From Octopus sinensis (Eukaryota): a DNA stretch of 64,000 nt. Made by a program: the position numbers and the translations under genes. Shown piece after piece: positions 51,653 to 64,000 of this stretch. Every line of letters starts with the position of its first letter. The first letter of the stretch is position 1. The notes below the pieces were generated by a model that did no database searches, was not told the DNA's origin, and saw only the letters and a program-made list of their open reading frames with translations. Location of the stretch: assembly GCF_006345805.1 (NCBI RefSeq), contig NC_043003.1, positions 103,416,001-103,480,000 on the forward strand. The letters run 5' to 3'.

Positions 51653-54600
51653 GATACTTTAGAACACAAGTTAGACTCGACAGACAAGCATTTCCAGGCA
51701 AAAGACGAAGATACTGAAAGAATTAAAACAAGTCTTTCCGTTTCAAAAGATGAGTGCGCAAAAGATGACAACCGTCTGTCTCAGAAATATGGAGCAGAAA
51801 AAGTTGAGAGTTTGGAGGAAGTTAATGGTTCAAGCAGTTACCAAACAGAAAAAGAAATGGAAGAGAAGAAAAAAGATATTTATATGTCAAGTGTTGACAG
51901 AAGTAAAGATTTGATTGAAGGAAAAGAAATAATAAAGCCAATAGACCGTTCGGTAGAAGGGGATATAGCTAAACTGAGGAAGGATGATATCGATAAAATT
52001 AGGCGTTTCACTGAAGCAGACGATAAAAAAGTAGACGATAAAATAACGAAACATGCTGATGATAGAGAAAATATCTGTGAAACCCGTTCGAGAGAGCAAA
52101 TTACCGGCCTTAATGAGAGAATTAGTGTAGTGAAACCAGTGGCGATTGAAATAAAGAAAGATCACGTTAATGAAGACGTTGGTCGTTCTCGCAATGACGT
52201 CAGCACCAGTGAAAGCAATAATAACAAGTTTTATTTGGTAGCAGATGAGAAAATATCTGTGATTAAAACAGGTGATAAGATAGAGAAGACAATACATTCA
52301 ACAGATGTCGTCCGTTTAGAACCTATTCAGAGATTTTCTGCAAATGAAAACACCTGTTCGTTAGAATTTGGTCAAAGTGTACAGCTTCTGACAATGCCTG
52401 CTCCATTAATCAGAAAAGAAGTTTCGAAGAAAGGGGACTCTGGTGATACCAACACAACTAGTTCTCAAGTTGAAGTCGGTAAATGTATCAAAATTGTGAA
52501 AAGGCCAGCTTTCGATCAGAAGCCAACCGAACATTTAGAAAAACAACATAAAGAAACGGAGAAGACAACAGGCAAACCTCCAATCGATACAAGCAAAGAT
52601 TTAGCAAAAATTAATTCTTCCAAATCGACTGAAAAAGCTGAAGTAGAAAAATACGAATCAAAGAAGGATGCAACTTCTGCTGAATTGAGTAACAATCTCC
52701 TTAAAACTGACAAGACGAGCTCGACAAAAGGAAATATAGATCTTCCTAAAGTAGAACTTCACGAGACTAAGATGGATGTTCGCCAAAAAGAAGATATCCT
52801 TCTAACTAAGATAGACAAACATGACATAAAAGAAAAGAACCAATCAACAAAAGTTGATCTTGCCCTGTCTAAGGAAGATATTTTCGAAACTAAAACAAGA
52901 ACTGAGAAAAAGGAAGGCGACATTCTTGAAGGTAAGAAAGAGCGCGGTGAGTTAGGGGACATTTATGAAACAAAACACATACTTCCAAAGGACGAAGACA
53001 TTTTAATCTCTAAAAAAGACAATTATGAGATAAAGAAAGATGAGTATTCGACAAGCAAGGATAGCAGTATTCGTACAGTAGAGAGCAATGAATCAAAGAA
53101 GGATAGATTTTCTATAAATGAGAACAGCAATAAACCCAACAAAAATCAATTTGCAAGTGTTGGTGACATTCTTCAGAGTGAAGTAGACATCTCCGAAAAG
53201 AAAAGACAGAAACCTCCTTCTGACGAAGCTGCCCATCAATCCGATGACAAACACTTGATAGATGAGAAAGCTCAGATTCCTAAAGGTGAGAGTCCTGGCA
53301 CAAAGGAGAAAGACCATCCAAAGGGACAAGACAGTCTCCGGTCGAATTTGAACAATGTTAGCATGAAAGTCGAGAAGCATTTTGAAAACAAGGACATTCT
53401 TTTATCTAAAGCAGACATCTACGAAACTAAGCACGTTTGCCCTGAATCAATGGTGAATAAGGATGCCAAAAAGGAGGACATTTCTCTGTCTATCACGAAA
53501 AAAGATAAACCATTCGCAGGACAGGACAGTACTGAAACAAAGATGTTAGAACATCTTGAATCTAAGGTAAACATTCTTGAAACTAAGAAAATTGTGCATC
53601 CAACGGACGAGGAGAGTTGTCTGTCAAAAGGCGGCAAAGATAAACTCTCAACAAACAAAGACACTTACCTGTCAAAGGTAGATAGTAATAAAACCGTAAA
53701 AGATAGCAGCAGTATCTCTAAGGAAAACACATCTGAAGAAAATAAACCTGTGGACAGGTGTGAGACAGAAGACGGTTCAAACGAAACCAGAAGTAAGATT
53801 TCTACAGACATAGACAGAATTGACATGTATGAAACAAAGCATCGTATAGTTGAAGATAATCATTCCTCTGAAGTAGGCACTGGCGTAACGATAAATGACA
53901 AGCAACACGGTCGTCTGTATAAAGGAGACAGCTTTGAAATAAAGGAAAGTGAGGTAATTACAAAAGAAAGCATTCAGCCAGCCAAGAAAGACACAGCTGA
54001 AGAGAAGAGGCCTACAGAGAGACACAGTCGTCTGTACAAAGGAGACAGCTTTGAAATAAAGGAAAGTGAGGTAATTACAAAAGAAAGCATTCAGCCAGAC
54101 AAGAAAGACACGGCTGAAGAGAAGAGGCCTACAGACAGAGACAGTCGTCTGTATAAAGGAGACAGCTTTGAAATAAAGGAAAGTGAGGTAATTACAAAAG
54201 AAAGCATTCAGCCAGCCAAGAAAGACACAGCTGAAGAGAAGAGGCCTACAGAGAGACACAGTCGTCTGTATAAAGGAGACAGCTTTGAAATAAAGGAAAG
54301 TGAGGTAATTACAAAAGAAAGCATTCAGCCAGCCAAGAAAGACACAGCTGAAGAGAAGAGGCCTACAGACAGAGACAGTCGTCTGTATAAAGGAGACAGC
54401 TTTGAAATAAAGGAAAGTGAGGTAATTACAAAAGAAAGCATTCAGCCAGCCAAGAAAGACACAGCTGAAGAGAAGAGGCCTACAGAGAGACACAGTCGTC
54501 TGTATAAAGGAGACAGCTTTGAAATAAAGGAAAGTGAGGTAATTACAAAAGAAAGCATTCAGCCAGCCAAGAAAGACACAGCTGAAGAGAAGAGGCCTAC

Positions 54601-57600
54601 AGACAGAGACAGTCGTCTGTATAAAGGAGACAGCTTTGAAATAAAGGAAAGTGACAAATACAAAAGAAAGCATTCAGCCAGCCAAGAAAGACACAGCTGA
54701 AGAGAAGAGGCCTACAGAGAGACACAGTCGTCTGTATAAAGGAGACAGCTTTGAAATAAAGGAAAGTGAGGTAATTACAAAAGAAAGCATTCAGCCAGCC
54801 AAGAAAGACACAGCTGAAGAGAAGAGGCCTACAGACAGAGACAGTCGTCTGTATAAAGGAGACAGCTTTGAAATAAAGGAAAGTGACATAATTACAAAAG
54901 AAAGCATTCAGCCAGCCAAGAAAGACACAGCTGAAGAGAAGAGGCCTACAGAGAGACACAGTCGTCTGTATAAAGGAGACAGCTTTGAAATAAAGGAAAG
55001 TGACATAATTACAAAAGAAAGCATTCAGCCAGCCAAGAAAGACACAGCTGAAGAGAAGAGGCCTACAGACAGAGACAGTCGTCTGTATAAAGGAGACAGC
55101 TTTGAAATAAAGGAAAGTGAGGTAATTACAAAAGAAAGCATTCAGCCAGCCAAGAAAGACACAGCTGAAGAGAAGAGGCCTACAGAGAGACACAGTCGTC
55201 TGTATAAAGGAGACAGCTTTGAAATAAAGGAAAGTGACATAATTACAAAAGAAAGCATTCAGCCAGCCAAGAAAGACACAGCTGAAGAGAAGAGGCCTAC
55301 AGAGAGACACAGTCGTCTGTATAAAGGAGACAGCTTTGAAATAAAGGAAAGTGAGGTAATTACAAAAGAAAGCATTCAGCCAGCCAAGAAAGACACAGCT
55401 GAAGAGAAGAGGCCTACAGAGAGACACAGTCGTCTGTATAAAGGAGACAGCTTTGAAATAAAGGAAAGTGACATAATTACAAAAGAAAGCATTCAGCCAG
55501 CCAAGAAAGACACAGCTGAAGAGAAGAGGCCTACAGAGAGACACAGTCGTCTGTATAAAGGAGACAGCTTTGAAATAAAGGAAAGTGAGGTAATTACAAA
55601 AGAAAGCATTCAGCCAGCCAAGAAAGACACAGCTGAAGAGAAGAGGCCTACAGAGAGACACAGTCGTCTGTATAAAGGAGACAGCTTTGAAATAAAGGAA
55701 AGTGACATAATTACAAAAGAAAGCATTCAGCCAGCCAAGAAAGACACAGCTGAAGAGAAGAGGCCTACAGAGAGACACAGTCGTCTGTATAAAGGAGACA
55801 GCTTTGAAATAAAGGAAAGTGACATAATTACAAAAGAAAGCATTCAGCCAGCCAAGAAAGACACAGCTGAAGAGAAGAGGCCTACAGACAGAGACAGTCA
55901 TCTATATAAAGGAGACAGCTTTGAAATAAAGGAAAGTGACATAATTACAAAAGAAAGCATTCAGCCAGCCAAGAAAGACACAGCTGAAGAGAAGAGGCCT
56001 ACAGAGAGACACAGTCGTCTGTATAAAGGAGACAGCTTTGAAATAAAGGAAAGTGACATAATTACAAAAGAAAGCATTCAGCCAGCCAAGAAAGACACAG
56101 CTGAAGAGAAGAGGCCTACAGAGAGACACAGTCGTCTGTACAAAGGAGACAGCTTTGAAATAAAGGAAAGTGACATAATTACAAAAGAAAGCATTCAGCC
56201 AGCCAAGAAAGACACAGCTGAAGAGAAGAGGCCTACAGACAGAGACAGTCGTCTGTATAAAGGAGACAGCTTTGAAATAAAGGAAAGTGACATAATTACA
56301 AAAGAAAGCATTCAGCCAGCCAAGAAAGACACGGCTGAAGAGAAGAGGCCTACAGAGAGACACTGTCGTCTGTATAAAGGAGACAGCTTTGAAATAAAGG
56401 AAAGTGACATAATTACAAAAGAAAGCATTCAGCCAGCCAAGAAAGACACAGCTGAAGAGAAGAGGCCTACAGAGAGACACAGTCGTCTGTCTAAAGGAGA
56501 CAGCTTTGAAATAAAGGAAAGTGACATAATTACAAAAGAAAGCATTCAGCCAGCCAAGAAGGACACAGCTGAAGAGAAGAGGCCTACAGACAGAGACAGT
56601 CGTCTGTATAAAGGAGACAGCTTTGAAATAAAGGAAAGTGACATAATTACAAAAGAAAGCATTCAGCCAGCCAAGAAAGACACGGCTGAAGAGAAGAGGT
56701 CTACAGTGAGGGACAGTCGCCTATTTAAATTATACAATGCTGGAGTAATGGAAGACAACAGGCCTGCTGATTCTTATAAGTTAGGTGACAATAAATCGGT
56801 GAATGATGAAAATCGTGATGTCTATGTGAGTAAATCTTCGTCCAAGGATGACAGCATGGAAAGAGAAATAAAAGAGATAAGAAATTCGTCAGGAGAGAAT
56901 ACACTTAGCACTACTACGAGAGATAATAATTCAGTCCTGCGGGATAGTGCTCTAAGAAAAGTAGACAGTTATGAGACATTGCTGTTTCCACAAGAAAGTG
57001 ATGACAATAAATTTGGAAATGAAACCGATATGAATGAATTGAAGAAAGATAAATATTCGACAGTCGAAGATATTTATAGTTCTGGAGTGAACAGACACGA
57101 AACTATGATAGATAACTGTCCAACGGATGTAGACAGTTATCTATCAGAAATTACTTCCTTTACAGATAAACAAGGACATGGGGATACGAGGGGACCTATG
57201 ACCTCGTCTGTAATGGACGGCTTTGAAATAAAGCCGTCTAAAAAGGAACAAGTTTCACTATCTGACGTGGACAGATTTGAAACTAGTACGCATGCTCAGC
57301 CATCAACTGAACAAAGTCGCACTTTTAGGGTTAGCAGTTATGAGCCGGGCGTTGAATTAGAATGGGTTTCTGTTGATGATGATATCTCCTATGAAACAAC
57401 GAACGACAAAACTTCAAGATATGAAGAAATTTATGCATCAAAAGAAGATAGCAAGGAAACAAATCTAGAAGACGACTTTTTCTCTCAGATGGAAGGCCAT
57501 GATTTAAATAAAGACCCTTTGAGACGAACTGAAGAAGACTTTTATCTACGAAGAGGAAGGAATGTCTGTACCAAGGGCAAAGTATATGACATCGAGGAGC

Positions 57601-57731
57601 ACAGAGAGCCATATCAAATAAATGACACAGATGATAGTCTGGAAGACATAGTTAAGATCCAAAGTAACCAGGTAGAAGACAGCAGATACGAAAGAGCTCT
57701 TAATGACGATGAACATCAAATTGATTACAAG
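51653..57731 (+). CDS. Second giant exon (about 2027 codons once a 2-nt frameshift near 54658 is repaired), containing a 39-aa tandem repeat array
   Basis: Acceptor ttttttccccag|GAT is in frame with ORF 51812-54700. ORF 54651-57749 continues the same repeat. Donor AAG|GTAAGT at 57731/57732 is phase 0. Confidence 0.85.
53911..56718 (+). repeat. Coding tandem array, 24 x 117 bp (RLYKGDSFEIKES[EV/DI]ITKESIQPAKKDTAEEKRPT[ERH/DRD]S)
   Basis: Unit starts at 53911 and 54028 are 117 bp apart. The two ORF translations give 6 + 18 units. Units are near-identical. Confidence 0.97.
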
Positions 57732-58205
57732 GTAAGTATTGAAAAGTAAATTGCGTTTTTTTTATTATTCCTAGAGAAAGAGATAGCGAGGGATAAAGAA
57801 GGGAGATAACGGAGGAAGTTGTTGTTAGAGAGTTGGTTATTGTTGTTGTAGCTAGAGTTGGTTGTTGGATGGAGGAGTTAGTTGTGTTAGGTAGCTGTGG
57901 TAATGCGATGCATTAAGCCAACCAACCAAGAAATCAAAGCGTAAAAAAGCCGGGGCAAATTTCGCAGGGAATTTCTTCCAACGTTATAATAATTCCACCT
58001 ACTCAACACTCGGAAACCGATAGTTTATCTTATCGACCACGAAAATACGAACAGTAAAGCTGACCGAGACGACATTTGAATTCGAATGCATTGAAATGCA
58101 ATGGCCAACTACTAGGCCAATTCGCAATACGGAATTCAAATCTTCCTGTGGATTGTATCTAGCTAGTACAGAGGTTATATAAACACACACACACACACAC
58201 ATACA

Positions 58206-58239
<34 letters not shown>

Positions 58240-58257
58240 CATACATACATACATACA

Positions 58258-58289
<32 letters not shown>

Positions 58290-59610
58290 CATATATACAT
58301 ACATACATACATATATATATACATATATATACATATATATACATATATATACATACATACATATATATATACATATAAATATATATATATATATATATAC
58401 AATTGACAAAAGCAGTATTAATTCTGTATGCCCTACTTAACATGAATGTCTTGCGAGAACAACAAATATTGCGCTATTTGCTTTGAGTGATCCTCTCATG
58501 GAGGCACTTTGTGCGTAAAAGCACACACATAGGTCGTGGCTTCTCTCCATTACTATCTCTAGACTAGACAAACTTATGGGAAGATTAGAATACAGCCCAA
58601 CGAAGTATCAAAAACACCCGTTAAGTATACGATGCTTCCGCTGTGTACAGTGTCCTGTTGCATTTTGAAATGGTGCCTAGTTACAACAGAGCGTAGTGGG
58701 CTTTAGGACTCGTTTGTATATGTGTTCCTGTGCATGTATGTGTACGTGTATAAGTGTACATGTGTATGTGTCTATATATGTGTTTATCTGTTTGTAAATG
58801 TTTCTGTGTGTCTAAGTGTTTGTGATTGTGTATGTAATTGTGTGTGTCTGTGTGTATTATGTATGTCTGTTGTAGGTATTTATATGTGTATGTATCTATT
58901 TCTGAATGTGTATGTGCGTGGCTGTGTCTATGAAGTTCAGTGTGTGCCAATGTATGTGTCTGTACATGTATGTGTTTGTGTTTGTGTGTTTGTCTGTCTA
59001 TCCCTTTATGTATATGTATGTGTGTGCGTGTCTGTGTGTGTGTATTTGTCTGTACGTATTTGTATGTGTGTGCTTTACTTGTCTTACTATAGAGGCAAGG
59101 TAACACCGACGGCAAGATACGAGACCATCGAACCTTCGGACGCGTAACAGCCTAAGGTTGAGTGTGGCTTTATAGATACGGGTGTCGTTGGTGGAGAGTA
59201 GATAGTAGTGTTGGCTGTGATGCAGCTGGGTGCAGTGCTGGTGTTGGTGCTGATATTGGTGTTGATACTGGTGGTGACGATGCTGGTACATAAACAAAAC
59301 TGTTTTGTGTCCAATATTTGCTAAAGCAAAATGGCAGAGCGCTAGCAGAATCATTGGCACGTCGGACAAAAATGTTTAACGGTATTTCTTCCGGTTTTAC
59401 GTTCTGAGTTCAATTCTGCCGCGGCCGACTTTGTCTTTCATGCTTTTGGAGTGGATAAAATAAGTACTAGTTGACCTCTGAAATCGACGTAATCGATTAG
59501 CTCCACCATCGTCACCAAAATTTTGGGTCTTGTGCTCACAGTAGAAAGAATTATTTGCCAAAGCAGTTCTTGCTGTTCCCGTAACGATGGAAAATCTGTA
59601 TTCATTGCAG

Positions 59611-59664
59611 AGGGAAGCTGTTACGTTCGAGAACTACAAGAGTATTACCAGCGACATTGAAGAG
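59611..59664 (+). CDS. 54-nt phase 0/0 exon, REAVTFENYKSITSDIEE
   Basis: Acceptor ttcattgcag|, donor GAG|GTAAGT, open, multiple of 3. Confidence 0.75.
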
Positions 59665-59969
59665 GTAAGTAAGAATGAAGTGGCCGAGTATTCCACAAAT
59701 AAGAGTATCCTTATCGTGATCATCGAGCATAATCAACGTTGCACTGCTGAACCTTGGGATTACGGATACAGAGCAATCGATCGTGTTCCGCACTGCTTCT
59801 GTCTCTGGACATGGGTCGACTCAACTCTATAGTACTGTGCAAAGGAATTGAACCTGGTGCATTATGTTTGCCAAGCGAATTTCTTGAACGCTTAGCCATG
59901 CATCCACATGTACAGAGCGAGTGTATATATGTGTGTATGTATATACGTTTATAAACTTTTATTACATAC

Positions 59970-60412
59970 AGGCACCGGTGTGGCTGTATGGTAAGCTTGC
60001 TACACAACCACATTGTTCTGGTTTCAATTCCTTCGCGTAGCACTTTGGGAAAGTATCATCTACTAGAGCCCCGGGCCGTCCAAAGACTTGTGAGTGGGTT
60101 TGACAGGCGGAAACTGGAAGAAGCCTGTCGCGCGTGTGTGTGTGTGCGTGCGTGTGTGTTTGCATGCGTGCGTGCGTGTGTGAGTGGGGGTGCGATTGAG
60201 TGTATTTGTATTTGTGCTTGTCGCCCACAACCGCTTGGCAACCGGCGTTGGTTTGTTTACGTTCCCATAATTTAGCGGTTCTGCACAAGAAACCGATAAA
60301 ATAAGTACCATGTTCAAATAGGTACTTGAGTTGATTCGTGCGACTAAAACCCTTCAAGGCGGTGCCCCAGCATGGCCACAGTGCAATGACTAAGACGAGT
60401 AAAATATAAAAG
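59970..60412 (+). mobile_element. SINE family B, full length, diverged
   Basis: Collinear with 46382-46760. Confidence 0.8.
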
Positions 60413-61128
60413 ATATGAATGATTATCTTTGGTATGAGATCCTGGAAGAATGCCATCGAGCGACCTGTGTATAACTTATCCATCACATTCATCTATGCTA
60501 TAGGTCTGTGATTTTAACCCTAGGCGTCTTTTGGTTTTCGGCTACTAGTATTATACGCGCAACAGCCAACCAGTGGAATATATCAAGCTAAGTGTTCGTT
60601 GTTCTTTTGAACAGGTTAACGAGGGCTATCCCGTAAAATGTAGGCCTTCTCTATCAGTAACCGATAATCAATCGTCTCCCGGCTGACTGTCCATTTGGTA
60701 GTTTTGCGACAACCATCAGAATAGATTCACAAGCATAATAGAATCGAGGATGTCTTTGCAAATTATTTTCTTCTGAATTATTTGCTCCGTATTTATACAA
60801 TTCCTAATAATATTTAACTATAAAAATAGAATAGGATTGTTTTTGGCATCAAATGACTATGGGGGAACCCGTAGGGTAAAATAGGAACCGAAGGAGTCCA
60901 CAGGTGAAAATTGTTTGAGAAACACTGTTCAAGATCATTCTGGAAAGACGCTTTTACCAAGCTGACGGTGTGGCCTTTCATACTCTGATATGGTGTTTAT
61001 GTGATGTCTTCCACAAATATGTGACATAATCAATATTTTCGGTTGCATCTTGGGGAATCCAATGGCTTCGCTGCCTCTTTTCTTTATTAGGTATTTTATA
61101 GTAATCCTTTGTTATTGGACAGCAAATG

Positions 61129-61433
61129 CAGACCGGGCGTTGTGTGTGTTTATTGAGCGAAAACACCTAAAGCTCCACGAGGTTCCGGCAGGGCGTGGTG
61201 GCGACCCCTGTTGTACTCTTTCGCTCCAACTTTCTCTCACTCTTTCTTCCTGTTTCTTGTCCCCGACTTCCTACGCAACCGCTGAGCCTGGATGCGCATT
61301 CATCCATCCGTCGATGCTCTCGGTGTCGGGGGTTGACCTGCTTTCTCTTCTGCGGGTCTTACGAATAGCAAAGGACCACGTTTCGGACTTCTCCCACTAC
61401 AGGACGAAGACCGCTACGCTCAACAGCAACAGC
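61129..61433 (+). mobile_element. SINE family D copy lacking the tRNA head
   Basis: Reverse complement of 23939-24230. Confidence 0.85.
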
Positions 61434-61737
61434 AAATTTTTTTGTTTGTTTGTTTTTTCTAGTATACTGAGTTTCACATTCAAGTCTTGTTTAAGGTGTG
61501 TTAGTCCCGCTGTTATGGAGTTGTAAGTGATATCACCATAGAGTACCTCCTGAAAAGCTCACTGCCAGCTCGTAGGTTGTTGTTCACTTTTCACTAAGTT
61601 TAAATATTTATTGCATAACGAGTGACTTGATCTGGGATCGTGTGCTGGAACAAAAACAATTGCAGTGTGGAAGGTGTTTATAAGCCATTTAAGAAACACA
61701 CAAAAACCGTTAGATTCGCTTCAACATTTAAATTTAA

Positions 61738-61788
61738 TTTGCCAAAATATTTTCGTCGCTTTGAGACCGCGACCTGTTCACTGACAAA
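61738..61788 (-). ncRNA. Hammerhead-like motif with G3:C8 swapped core
   Basis: Minus strand tttgtca GUGAACA G gtcgc-ggtctcaaa-gcgac GAAA ATAT UU tggcaaa. Confidence 0.45.
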
Positions 61789-62653
61789 ACAGCGTGCTGC
61801 ATCTTTATTTAAAAATATTTATTTTTGTTGCTGTTACTTAGCAGGTGTTGTCTGAGAGATACTATACGACATTCGAAGGTTAACAGCATTGATCTATTTC
61901 CATCATTTCTTCCTAAACAGAGACTATCAATATATCTGTTTCTGTGGAAGTTTCCAGTTAATGTCAGCATCTTGTGAATTTTAATGTCTATGGAGTGGAT
62001 TTTCTCTACAGATCAGCCAAATATCCCAAGTGCTGGAATTAGCGCTGGCACGGCGAAATATATCGTGGTATATCGTCTTGTTGTAAGAGGAAAGTTCCGA
62101 CTGCCATACTTTTTCTAAATTTGGTGAAATATGTTCGGGTCACTATGTTTATTCACATCTTCATCTACGTAAGCATGCATGTATGTATGTATGTATGTAT
62201 GTATGTATGTATGTGTATGTATGTATGTATGTATGTATGTATGTATGTATGTGTATGTGTGTGTATGTATGTATGTATGTATGTATGTATGTATGTATGT
62301 ATGTATGTATGTATGTATGTGTGTATGTGTGTATGTATGTATGTATGTGTGTGTATGTGTGTATGTGTCTATGTATGTATGTGTATGTGTGTATGTATGT
62401 ATGTTTGTATGTGTGTGTGAAAACAAAGAAACAAAAGAAAAGAGAGATGCAGGATTAGAAAGAAAAAAAGAAACAAACCAACATACAAAGAAAGAAAGAA
62501 AGACAGAAAGAAATAAAGAAAGAAAGAATGAAAGGAAGGAAGGAAAGAAAGAAAGAAACAAAGAAACAAAGAAAGAAAGAAAGAAGGAAAGAAAGAATAT
62601 AGTGTAACCAGACTAATAACAAACTAATATCTTCTTTTCGCCTTTGAAATCAG

Positions 62654-62716
62654 ATGAACTTTGAAGATGCCCTTGATGGCTGGGAGGAATTCGCTCAGTC
62701 GATACGAATGAGAAGG
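62654..62716 (+). CDS. 63-nt phase 0/0 exon, MNFEDALDGWEEFAQSIRMRR
   Basis: Acceptor cttcttttcgcctttgaaatcag|, donor AGG|GTAAGT, open, multiple of 3; helical-looking peptide. Confidence 0.8.
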
Positions 62717-62947
62717 GTAAGTGCTTCAACCGTTCGCTTATTCAAATACGCTAATAATTCACGCCTGGCTCTTGTACGATTATTATATAGCGACTTAGTG
62801 ACTCTCCCATCACTATTGCACCACGTTGTTCGCTGAGGATATCTGATAAGGCTGGATGACATCCGGAGTTGTCTCCCGTACTTGCCGAAAGAATTAAAAT
62901 AATATTAGTCATTGAGCTGATATATGATGTCACCCTACTGCACTGCC

Positions 62948-63057
<110 letters not shown>

Positions 63058-63582
63058 GAGTGAGCGAGCAGTGCATGCCATCAAAGTGACACTGGGGTAA
63101 AATATACAAAGCCCAGTATACCCATCATGACTACCCGTCTGATAAGGGTACACCAGGCACATGCATCACAACCATATGTGCGCGACATGGTGATCTCATA
63201 TCAAGATAAACAGCACATAACCTTGCAGGTGGGGCCCAGTTAGAATTTAATTCTGGTCGAGTAACCCATCCCGCTCAAAATGTCCCTGAATAAGGGTTGT
63301 TTAAGGATGTTGAAAGAACCACCCATGTTTCCAGGGGTGAATTATTCAAACCCCAAAGAATCCCTCTCAACACATGGCTATGATGCTCCCCCTCTACTTC
63401 TGCTCGTGATCCGAGATGCACATATCGTCAGCCACTAAGGGACATGCTCAACTGGTTAAGGTCAAACAACTGACCAGCAAATCTGTGGTATTGAGCAGAA
63501 TATTTGCTGTAGCCCATCACATGATAACACTTCCAATCAGTTAATATCAGAAGCCATGAGAGGCTGGTACTGCATCAGGGCA
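63058..63582. mobile_element. About 525-bp interspersed repeat embedded in (ATT)n
   Basis: Second copy at 43548-44247 (interrupted by the SINE at about 43867-44115); both copies are bounded by (ATT)n. Confidence 0.75.
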
Positions 63583-63650
<68 letters not shown>

Positions 63651-63667
63651 CATTATTATTATTATTA

Positions 63668-63775
<108 letters not shown>

Positions 63776-64000
63776 GTTGATACTAAGGAGGCTAAGAACA
63801 ATAAAGATGATGATTTTAACAATGATGATTGTCGTGTAGTGTGTATATTAATGTGTGGGTATGCAACACAAATTTAACGGCTCAGGTTTGTTTATGTTTG
63901 AGTTCAAATCCTACCGGAGTTGACTTTGTCTTTCACACCCTAGACACGTCATCTAGTGGACATATTATCAGTTGACCATACCTTAGCCCCTTCTACAACA

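Noticed and set aside
53777-56480. Long hydrophobic minus-strand ORFs (298, 434 and 192 aa) that look like a repetitive membrane protein
   Set aside because: They are the antisense shadow of the 117-bp array: one stop-free unit repeated gives a long ORF. They break at the same frameshift and at a single-unit variant, and have no splice or start context.
53911-56718. CRISPR-like array (also considered for 38067-38844)
   Set aside because: Eukaryotic context, no unique spacers of uniform length, and no cas genes; the 117-bp units are in-frame coding repeats

Overview
Eukaryotic, repeat-saturated genomic DNA. The very high microsatellite density and the tRNA-headed SINE families resemble Octopus (coleoid cephalopod) DNA; this is an inference. 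The whole window lies inside one + strand gene that I cannot name, and the gene starts before and ends after the window. I reconstruct six coding exons, all with phase-0 junctions and GT..AG boundaries: a giant exon of at least 17.3 kb (1-17316), small exons of 72 nt (21675-21746) and 81 nt (30223-30303), a second giant exon of about 6.1 kb (51653-57731), and exons of 54 nt (59611-59664) and 63 nt (62654-62716). The 6.1-kb exon carries 24 x 117-bp coding repeats and one 2-nt frameshift. The encoded protein is mostly acidic, S/E/K/D-rich and probably disordered, with five WH2-like + polyproline modules. The introns hold three antisense copies of a Tx1/L1-like LINE, each with (GATA)n on both sides, plus a deleted DD37D (maT) transposon, a Helitron-like element, many SINEs and several foldbacks. 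They also hold at least four type-I hammerhead-ribozyme-like motifs from different repeat families; one is in sense orientation and one has a G3:C8 compensatory core. Some indels may be long-read consensus errors.
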